64,000 nt of DNA from Polyangiales bacterium (GTDB taxonomy: Bacteria; Myxococcota_A; Polyangia; Polyangiales; Polyangiaceae), in NCBI GenBank assembly GCA_038231275.1, contig JBBRLQ010000001.1, positions 512,001 to 576,000 of the forward strand, read 5' to 3'. The notes under the pieces were generated by a model that saw nothing but the letters and a program-made list of their open reading frames with translations, searched no databases and was not told the origin of the DNA. The position numbers were made by a program, and so were the translations under genes. Below are positions 56,944-64,000 of the stretch, one piece after another (within the stretch, counting starts at the first letter, position 1; every line of letters starts with the position of its first letter).

Positions 56944-58416
56944 ATGAACAAGCTTCTTTGCGGTGCGCTCGCAGTCTCTTCGCTCGTCGGCGTGGTCGTC
57001 GCGTGCAACGGCAACGACGGCGCGGTGGGCGCGGCGGGTCCGGCGGGCAACAACGCGACCGGTACCGGCGGCAACGGTGCGAACGGCACCGACGGCGTCA
57101 ACGGCGTCAACGGCGAGGGCGGCGCCGCGGTGGTCGTCTCCGCGCTCGCGAAGCATGGCCTCGACATCTCCCCCGTCGCGCCCAACCTCGTCGGCCTCAC
57201 GGGCGACCAGATCGAGCAGATCGGTCAGGGCAGCTACCTCGTCAACGCCGTCGCCGACTGCGCGGGATGCCACAACGATCCCGCCGGGACCGCGCCCGGC
57301 AATTTCCTCGCCGGCGGCAACGTGTTCCCCGTTGGCGCAGGCACCTTCGTCACGTCGCGCAACCTCACGTCGGACAAGACGACGGGCATGAAGCTCACCG
57401 AGGCGCAGTTCATCGAGGTCTTCCGCACCGGCAAAGACTTCGCGATCCCCGCCGACGCCGGCGCTGCAGAGGCGCTCCTCGTCATGCCGTGGGAGTCGTT
57501 CCGTTGGATGTCGACCGGCGACATCAAGGCGATTTACGCCTACCTCAAGGCGATCCCGGCCGCGGTGCCGACGCTGCCGATCAAAGACAACAAGGGGGTC
57601 TCTCCGCAGCCCGTCCCCTACACCGGTCAGTACGCCGACGGACAGATCGCGCGCACGCTTCCGCCGGAGGACGACGGGCAAGGCGGCGCCGTCCCGGATC
57701 CCGGGAGCGTTCTCCGCGGGCTCGCCGTCGACGCGATCGACAACACCAAGGCAATCCAGGCGCCGCCGCCCGGCGAGGTCGGTCAGTACGGCCGCGGCGC
57801 GTACCTCGTCAACGCCGTCGCCGATTGCAGCGGCTGCCACACCAACCCCGAGCGCGTGAGCGGCAAGGTCAACGTCGCGCAGTACATGACGGGCGGCCGC
57901 GTCTTCCCGACGCCCGGGCCTTTGCAGCCGCTGCTCAAGACCGCGCGCGTCATGTCGGCGAACCTCCTCGGCCCGAACGGCTTCTTCGTCACCGCCGATC
58001 TGCCCATTTTTCTCGCGTCGATCACGCAAGGCGTCCACGCCGACGATCCCCCTCCGCAGGCTCCGCTCGGCTTCCCGATGCCCGCGCGCGTCTTCCGGAA
58101 CATGACGATCGGCGATCTCGAGGCCGTCTACACGTACATGCGCCAGGTCGCCACCGCGGTCCCGGGCGGACGAACGGACAAGCAAATCCGCCCAACCGCG
58201 CTCTACTGCGCGTCCGACGCGGATTGCGGCGGCGTGGCCGGCGCATGCGATCTGCCGAACAAGGAGTGCACGCAGAAGACGTGCGGCAGCAACGCCGACT
58301 GCCCCGTGTGCCAGACCTGCACGGGCTCCGGCGGCACGAAGTGTGAGGCACAGCACGACGCCGCCGGCGACGCGGGGCCGCCGGCGCTCTCGATCTGCAT
58401 CGCCGCCGGACTCTGA
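56944..58416 (+). CDS. Diheme c-type cytochrome lipoprotein with collagen-like linker and Cys-rich tail
   Basis: GGAGGA RBS, lipobox VVAC, CAGCH and CSGCH, distal MP motifs. Confidence 0.85.
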   Translation: MNKLLCGALAVSSLVGVVVACNGNDGAVGAAGPAGNNATGTGGNGANGTDGVNGVNGEGGAAVVVSALAKHGLDISPVAPNLVGLTGDQIEQIGQGSYLVNAVADCAGCHNDPAGTAPGNFLAGGNVFPVGAGTFVTSRNLTSDKTTGMKLTEAQFIEVFRTGKDFAIPADAGAAEALLVMPWESFRWMSTGDIKAIYAYLKAIPAAVPTLPIKDNKGVSPQPVPYTGQYADGQIARTLPPEDDGQGGAVPDPGSVLRGLAVDAIDNTKAIQAPPPGEVGQYGRGAYLVNAVADCSGCHTNPERVSGKVNVAQYMTGGRVFPTPGPLQPLLKTARVMSANLLGPNGFFVTADLPIFLASITQGVHADDPPPQAPLGFPMPARVFRNMTIGDLEAVYTYMRQVATAVPGGRTDKQIRPTALYCASDADCGGVAGACDLPNKECTQKTCGSNADCPVCQTCTGSGGTKCEAQHDAAGDAGPPALSICIAAGL

Positions 58417-58455
58417 TTCGGACTCGGACCGCTTCGTTCGGCGCGGTGGAGGTTC

Positions 58456-58486
58456 AAGGGCTGACCGGAAAAGCCGCTCAGCCCTT
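58456..58486. terminator. Hairpin between convergent genes
   Basis: AAGGGCTGA...TCAGCCCTT 9-bp stem. Confidence 0.5.
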
Positions 58487-58498
58487 TCCTTCAGGAGT

Positions 58499-58529
58499 CG
58501 TTTCGCTCCGCTGCGCTTCGCTCCACTCA
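58499..58529 (-). repeat. REP-like repeat copy 3
   Basis: Minus strand TGAGTGGAGCGAAGCGCAGCGGAGCGAAACG starting at the thiolase stop codon. Confidence 0.85.
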
Positions 58530-59711
58530 GCGCTCGACGACGAGGGCCAGTGCTTCACCGCCGCCGATGCACAAGGTCGCGAGGCCGCGCTTCTTGTTCT
58601 GATCCTTCATCGCGTAGAGGAGGGTCGTCAGGATGCGCGCGCCGCTCGCGCCGATCGGATGACCGAGCGCCACCGCGCCGCCGCGCACGTTCACGCGGCC
58701 GAGATCGATGCCCGCGAGCTGCGCGCACACCATGCTGACGACCGCGAAGGCCTCGTTGATTTCATAGAGGTCCACGTCGCCCGGCTTGATGCCGAGGCGC
58801 GCGCACACCGCGTCGATCGCCTTGGCCGGCGCCGTCGTGAACCACTCGGGGGCCTGCGCGGCGCCCGCGTAGCCGGTGATGCGGCCGAGGACATCGAGCT
58901 TGTGCTCCTTCACGGCCTTCTCGCTCGCGAGGACGAGCGCGCTCGCGCCGTCGTTGATCGACGCGGCGTTCGCGGCGGTGATCGTCCCGTCCTTGCCGAA
59001 CGCGGGGCGGAGGCCGGCCATCTTCGTGGGGTCGCCCTTGCTGGGGCCCTCGTCGAGCTTCACCTGGATCGGGTCGCCCTTCTTTTGCGCGACGGCGACG
59101 GGCGTGATCTCCGCGTCGAACATCCCTTCCTTCTGCGCGGCGAGGGCGCGACGGAAGCTCTCCTTCGCGTACTCGTCCTGCGCCTCGCGCGAGACCTTGT
59201 ACTCGGCGGCGCACTTGTCGCCGCACGTGCCCATGTGGACGTTGCCGTACGGATCCCAGAGGCCGTCGTGGATCATCCCGTCGATGACCGTCGCGTTGCC
59301 CATGCGGTAACCCTGGCGCGCGCGGTCGAGGTAGTAGGGCGCGTTCGACATCGACTCCATGCCGCCCGCGACGACGATCTCCGCGTCGCCGAGCGCGATC
59401 GTCTTCGCGCCGAAGATGACGGCCTGGAGGCCCGAGCCGCAGACCTTGCTCACGGTCGTCGCCGGCGTCTTGTCGGGAATTCCGGCGCCCTTCATGGCCT
59501 GGCGGGCGGGGGCCTGGCCGAGGCCGGCCGAAAGCACGTTGCCCATGAAGACCTCGCCGATGAGGTCGGGGGACACCTTCGCGCGCTCGACGGCGGACCG
59601 GATCGCGGTCGCGCCGAGCTGAGGCGCGGTGAGGCTCGACAGGACGCCCTGGAAGGCGCCGACCGGCGTACGGGTCGCGGAAACGATGTAGACGGGCGGA
59701 AAGCTGGCCAT
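58527..59711 (-). CDS. Acetyl-CoA C-acetyltransferase (thiolase)
   Basis: KVCGSG, GGMESMS, NEAF, GHPIGASG, LCIGGG. Confidence 0.95.
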   Translation of the reverse strand: MASFPPVYIVSATRTPVGAFQGVLSSLTAPQLGATAIRSAVERAKVSPDLIGEVFMGNVLSAGLGQAPARQAMKGAGIPDKTPATTVSKVCGSGLQAVIFGAKTIALGDAEIVVAGGMESMSNAPYYLDRARQGYRMGNATVIDGMIHDGLWDPYGNVHMGTCGDKCAAEYKVSREAQDEYAKESFRRALAAQKEGMFDAEITPVAVAQKKGDPIQVKLDEGPSKGDPTKMAGLRPAFGKDGTITAANAASINDGASALVLASEKAVKEHKLDVLGRITGYAGAAQAPEWFTTAPAKAIDAVCARLGIKPGDVDLYEINEAFAVVSMVCAQLAGIDLGRVNVRGGAVALGHPIGASGARILTTLLYAMKDQNKKRGLATLCIGGGEALALVVER

Positions 59712-59900
59712 TTCTGAGCTCCGGGTGGGATTCGAGGGAGGGCCTGGCGACATGACCAGCGCGGCCTCCGGGAGGCGACCTTATACCGCCGAAACATGGG
59801 TCGCGCGACCGCGCTTGCCTAGTCCATGCCTCTTCGCTAGGTTGCCCGCCCCGCATCCCACGCGACACCCACGACTCCAGAAAGAGCGCGAGAAGAGAAC

Positions 59901-60329
59901 ATGGCCGCCAAGAAGTCCGCCGCCGCCGCCGCCCCCAAGACGGGCGCCGCCGACGCGAAGAAGAAGCCCGCGAAGAAATCCGCCGCCACTTTTACCGGCG
60001 AGAGCAAGCTCGCGAAGTTCCTCACCACCCAGAAGCTCGACCCGCGCCGCGTGCTCGCGGCCTCGCACTCGCTCGAGTCGCTCCGTCACGAGGACCGCAC
60101 CATCAAGCTCGCCCGCCGCCGCGCGCGGGTTGGCGAAGACGCAGAGAAGAAGGCGGAGGCGCTCAAGTCGAAGCCCCGCTCCGGTCGCGCGGTGACGCAT
60201 CGCGCCATGACTGCGGCGATGACCGGCGGCAAGCTCCCCGGCCCGACCAAGACGCGCATTCTTCGCGCGGTGAACCACCTCCTCGAGACGAAGAAGCAGG
60301 ACAAGGTCGAGCTGAAGGCGCTCTTCTAG
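59901..60329 (+). CDS. Lys/Ala/Arg-rich basic protein (possibly nucleoid-associated)
   Basis: AAKK/PAKK N-terminus; very basic composition. Confidence 0.75.
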   Translation: MAAKKSAAAAAPKTGAADAKKKPAKKSAATFTGESKLAKFLTTQKLDPRRVLAASHSLESLRHEDRTIKLARRRARVGEDAEKKAEALKSKPRSGRAVTHRAMTAAMTGGKLPGPTKTRILRAVNHLLETKKQDKVELKALF

Positions 60330-60533
60330 AGGCCGCCGTCGTCGAGCTTACGCATGAAATGACCGGTTTTTTCGGTCTCGCGCCGGGGGGGCGTGAATGC
60401 TCGGTCGTTCCGTCGCATCCTATATTCCGTGGCCACTGCTGCGCTCTTTCCTCATCCGTTCCCGACCGCGTTCCCGGGAGGTTCGGGGTCCGTGGCGTCG
60501 TCGTACTCGGGCCACGGTCGCGCGGGGGCTTCC

Positions 60534-61160
60534 ATGACTGAGGAGGACTCCCTCGTCGCGACGGCCGCCGCCGGCGACAAGGCTGCTTTCCGTGCACTCT
60601 ACACGCGTCACCGCGCCGACGTCGCGCGCCTCGTCTACCGAATGCTCGGCGCGCGGAGCGATCTCGACGACGTCATCCAGGAGGTCTTCTTCCAGGTCTA
60701 CAAGAGCCTGAAGGACTTCCGCGGCAAATCGAAGTTCTCGACCTGGCTCCACCGCGTGACCGTCAACGTCGTCCTCATGCACCGCCGCGCCGCGAAGAGC
60801 CGGCCGGTGTACGCGGAGGAGACGGCGCAGGACCTGACGCCGGACGACGACGCGGTCTTGCCGGACGAGGACGCCGATCGCCGCGCCCGCGTCCGTGCCT
60901 TCGCGCGTGTGCTCGCGCGTCTCGCCGACAAGAAGCGCGTCGTCTTCGTCCTGCACGAGCTCGAGGGCATGGCCCCGAGCGAGATCGCGGACGTCGTCGG
61001 CGCGCCGGTCCTCACCGTTCGCACGCGCCTCTTCTACGCGCGCCGCGAGATCGAGGAGATGCTTCGCGACGAGCCTTCGCTCGCGCCGCTTCGTGCTCGC
61101 TTCGCAAAACCCGGTGAGGCCGTGGCGCGCCGAGAGACCCCCGAGGAGGGCGAGGCATGA
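60534..61160 (+). CDS. ECF RNA polymerase sigma factor
   Basis: GDKAAFRALY, DVIQEVF, FSTWLHRVTVN, EIADVVG....TVRTRLFYAR. Confidence 0.92.
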   Translation: MTEEDSLVATAAAGDKAAFRALYTRHRADVARLVYRMLGARSDLDDVIQEVFFQVYKSLKDFRGKSKFSTWLHRVTVNVVLMHRRAAKSRPVYAEETAQDLTPDDDAVLPDEDADRRARVRAFARVLARLADKKRVVFVLHELEGMAPSEIADVVGAPVLTVRTRLFYARREIEEMLRDEPSLAPLRARFAKPGEAVARRETPEEGEA

Positions 61161-62401
61161 GCGACGACAAGCTGGATCGCGCGATCAAGGCGGCCCGGAA
61201 GGATCTCGCGCCCAAGCGGGAGCCGGACTGGGACGCGATCGACGAGAAGCTCTTCGCGCGGATCGACGCCGATGCCTCCTCCGAGGAGAGCGCACGCGCC
61301 GCGCGCCTCGGCGCCGGATCGCACGGGCGCGGGTGGAGCATCGTCGCGGGTGGGCTGGCCCTCGCGGCGGCCGTCGCCGTATACGCAGGTCACAAGCCGG
61401 GCGGCGCGCCGCTCGATCGCGCGTCGGCTGCCGCTGCGCCGGTCACGGCGAGCGCCCTCGTGCGCGCTGGCGGCGCCGCAGGATCGGACGTTCTCATCGC
61501 GGGGGCGCCTGCCGCTGCGGGCGCGACCCTTCACGCCGGTGAGGTCCTCGAGACGCACGGCGCGAGCGCGCTCCTCGAGCGTGAGGGGCCAGCTCCGGAC
61601 GGCGCGCTGCTCGTCGCGTGGAGCGTCGAAGAAAACTCGCGCGTCGCCGTCGTGAAGGCGGTCGGGGCGCTCGTCGTGTCGCTCGAGCGCGGCGCCGTCG
61701 AGGCGCAGGTCACGCCGGTCGCGAGCGGCGAAGCGTTCGCGGTCGACGTTCCTGGCGCGGCCGGATCGATCACGCGCGTGGCCGTCCACGGGACGCACCT
61801 CCGCGTCTCGCGCGTCGAGGCCGCCGGTCACGTGAAGCTCGTGGTGGATTTGTCGGAGGGCGTCGTCTCGATCGGCGCGCCGCCGCGCTCGGGGTCGACG
61901 TACGGCGCGCTCGTGACGGCGCCTGCGCACGTCGAGCTCGACACGGCCGATCCGACCTCCCTCGTCGTCAGCCACCTCCCCGAGGACGTGCGCCTCCCGG
62001 TCGATCTCGCGTCGGCGGGCACTGGCGGCGCGGTTGCCGCCGGCTCTCCCGCGAGCCCCACCGCAGCCACGGCGACGCCTCCGCGCAATGCTCCCGCCGT
62101 CGCGCAGGTCGCGCCGCGTCCGGTCCCCGCTGCCCCGCGCCCGCCGGCCGCCGATCCGAACGCCGAGGCCACGGTCGCTGCCGCGGTGAAGGCCTGCATG
62201 ACCGGCCGCACGAAGGCCGACGGCGAGGTCACCGTCACCGTCAGCTCCAGCCTCGAGGTCCGCCTGAGCGAGGACGGCGTCGTTGATCTCGCGCGCTTCA
62301 GCCCGCCGCTCCCGCCCGACGTCCAGCTCTGCGCCGCGAACGCGATCTACAAGACGCGCTTCCCGCGGTCGGGCACCGTGACGATCGACCTGAAATTCTA
62401 G
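61157..62401 (+). CDS. FecR-like anti-sigma factor with a TonB-like C-terminal domain
   Basis: ATGA overlap with the sigma gene; TM; LERGAV...FAV...VAVHGT FecR motif; Pro-rich linker. Confidence 0.75.
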   Translation: MSDDKLDRAIKAARKDLAPKREPDWDAIDEKLFARIDADASSEESARAARLGAGSHGRGWSIVAGGLALAAAVAVYAGHKPGGAPLDRASAAAAPVTASALVRAGGAAGSDVLIAGAPAAAGATLHAGEVLETHGASALLEREGPAPDGALLVAWSVEENSRVAVVKAVGALVVSLERGAVEAQVTPVASGEAFAVDVPGAAGSITRVAVHGTHLRVSRVEAAGHVKLVVDLSEGVVSIGAPPRSGSTYGALVTAPAHVELDTADPTSLVVSHLPEDVRLPVDLASAGTGGAVAAGSPASPTAATATPPRNAPAVAQVAPRPVPAAPRPPAADPNAEATVAAAVKACMTGRTKADGEVTVTVSSSLEVRLSEDGVVDLARFSPPLPPDVQLCAANAIYKTRFPRSGTVTIDLKF

Positions 62402-62460
62402 GTCCCCACGTCGGCGATCTCGTTTGACCCGCAGCAGACCGGCGTCCACACTCGCCGTCG

Positions 62461-62853
62461 ATGGACCTGCAACAAGCGAAGGCCTCTGGGAAGAAGTGGC
62501 TCATCCGCGTCGTGATCGGCGGTGTGCTGCTGACCGTGCTCGGCTTCACGCTCTACACCCTGTCGGCGCTCAACTACTCCTACTCGAAGGGAGAGCGCGT
62601 CGGCTTCGTTCAGAAGCTCTCGAAGCGCGGCTGGGTCTGCAACACGAACGAGGGAGAGCTCGCGATGGTAAACCTCGCCGGCCAACCCGCGGAGATTTTC
62701 CTCTTCTCGGTCCCCGACGACAAGATCGCCAAGCAGATCGAGTCCTTCGCCGGCCACCGGCTCGAGCTCCAGTACGAAGAGCACCGCGGCGTGCCGTCGA
62801 GCTGCTTCGGAGACACGAAGTACTTCATCGTCGGCGTGAAGAAGGTCGATTAG
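62461..62853 (+). CDS. Conserved membrane-anchored hypothetical protein
   Basis: N-terminal TM; YSKGERVGFVQKLSKRGWVC.T.EGEL...GDTKYF. Confidence 0.8.
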   Translation: MDLQQAKASGKKWLIRVVIGGVLLTVLGFTLYTLSALNYSYSKGERVGFVQKLSKRGWVCNTNEGELAMVNLAGQPAEIFLFSVPDDKIAKQIESFAGHRLELQYEEHRGVPSSCFGDTKYFIVGVKKVD

Positions 62854-62867
62854 CTCAGCCGCCTAGC

Positions 62868-63185
62868 CTAGGCGGCCGGCTCGGCGTTCTTCACGATCTC
62901 CGTGATCGCGTGCGTTTCGCGGGCGCCGAGGAGGCCGAATTGGACGCCCATGCCGTCGGGGCGCTTCCAGCGGACGACGCCGGGGAGGCGTAGCTCTTTG
63001 CCGCCGCTCGCAAGCGTGACGTAGACGACGACCTCCGCGCCGAACGGCACGGGCACCTCGGTCTGGACGAACATGCCGCCGACAGAGATGTCCTTCGCGA
63101 GGCCTTTGCCGCGACCCTCCACGTTCTTCTGCACGAACTCGAGGGGTTGCTCCAAAGGAGCGCGCGTGAATCGACGGAATTCCAC
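62868..63185 (-). CDS. PilZ domain protein
   Basis: RRFTR (RxxxR), DISVGGMF (DxSxxG), GMGVQF. Confidence 0.9.
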   Translation of the reverse strand: MEFRRFTRAPLEQPLEFVQKNVEGRGKGLAKDISVGGMFVQTEVPVPFGAEVVVYVTLASGGKELRLPGVVRWKRPDGMGVQFGLLGARETHAITEIVKNAEPAA

Positions 63186-63226
63186 GGGGGTGACCTCTTG
63201 GGAAAGGACGATGCTACCATCGCCGC

Positions 63227-64000
63227 GTGCCGGAGGAACGCCCACAGAGCACCGAGCAGATCCGAATCGGAGGGGGCGGCGGCGGGCGGGCGTTGGCCCT
63301 CATCCCGGTCCTCGTGGCGGTCCTGGCGTTCGCGCTGATGATCCCGCGGGCGGCGGGGCCCGAGGCGATCCCGCTCCCTCTGGTCGATGGTCGCGTGATC
63401 GCGCGTGCGGCCGACGGCGATCGCACCCTCGCGGCGAAGGCGCAGAGCGAGCCGCTGTCGGGCGTCGTGCGCGCGCTCGGCTCGGCGATCCGCGACTTCA
63501 ACACGAAGCAGGCAGAGGACGCCGACGAGCTCGCCCTCACCGCGCAGCGCGCCGCCCTCGACGCCGCGCTTCCCGCCGCCATCGCCGACGGGGTCGACAA
63601 GATCGTCGCCCTCCGCGCGGTGCAGGTCGAAGGCTTCCTCGCCGAGGTGCGCCGCTTCGAGCAGACCGGCAAGGAGAGCGAAGAGCTTCGAGCGCTCGGC
63701 GGGGGCTTCATTCGTCGCTTGCGCTTCTCGGGGTGGTGCGACGCCAAGAACCGCGTGCTCCTCGACGAGACGGAGCGTCGCGTGGCGTTCAAGGCCGCGT
63801 GGAACGGCGTCGTGCGCCTCGACGGCCACCCGTCCCTCGCCCTATCGCTCGACGAAATACGTGTACTTTACACGCTCTACCTCCGCCTGCCGCACGCCGC
63901 CGAATCGGTGCGCGATCAGATCGCGTCGTCGCGGCGCGCCAACCCCGACGAGAAGACGTGCGCGGAGCTCGCGATGCGAGAGCGCTTCGCGACCGAGACG
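63227..64000 (+). CDS. Membrane-anchored hypothetical protein (runs off the window end)
   Basis: GTG 63227, TM LALIPVLVAVLAFALMIP, open to the end of the window; absent from the ORF track. Confidence 0.7.
   Translation, partial: MPEERPQSTEQIRIGGGGGGRALALIPVLVAVLAFALMIPRAAGPEAIPLPLVDGRVIARAADGDRTLAAKAQSEPLSGVVRALGSAIRDFNTKQAEDADELALTAQRAALDAALPAAIADGVDKIVALRAVQVEGFLAEVRRFEQTGKESEELRALGGGFIRRLRFSGWCDAKNRVLLDETERRVAFKAAWNGVVRLDGHPSLALSLDEIRVLYTLYLRLPHAAESVRDQIASSRRANPDEKTCAELAMRERFATET

Overview
High-GC window that looks like a Myxococcota chromosome (Polyangiaceae/Labilithrix-like). This is inferred from the gene content: a GltG/AgmX-like protein, a Ser/Thr kinase with TPRs, many 'DAG'-linker lipoproteins, ECF sigma/anti-sigma pairs and a sigma-54 regulator. 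About 60 CDSs can be supported. Housekeeping or recognisable genes include ggt, kup, aspS, purC, purS, a thiolase and tRNA-Leu(TAG). I found no CRISPR array, rRNA, integrase or intact transposase. Main observations: (1) a candidate conflict/defence locus at 19.26-22.14 kb (helical hypothetical protein, stand-alone TIR protein, and a variant ParA/MinD ATPase-TIR-pYEATS fusion), close to a bacterial PARG macrodomain gene; (2) a SelW/Rdx selenoprotein missing from the ORF track (CxxU with in-frame TGA and a SECIS-like hairpin, 52348-52566 minus); (3) TAnnnT -10 boxes 5-10 nt before many start codons, suggesting leaderless transcription, including a palindromic bidirectional -10 box; (4) an orphan FliH/SctL gene translationally coupled to an MBL hydrolase and a site-2 protease; (5) two PHM-like copper monooxygenase lipoproteins, one with His in place of the CuM Met; (6) an internally deleted toxin pseudogene, a repeat-flanked gene next to the tRNA, and REP/MITE-like repeats. 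All family assignments come from motif recognition by eye; no searches were run.
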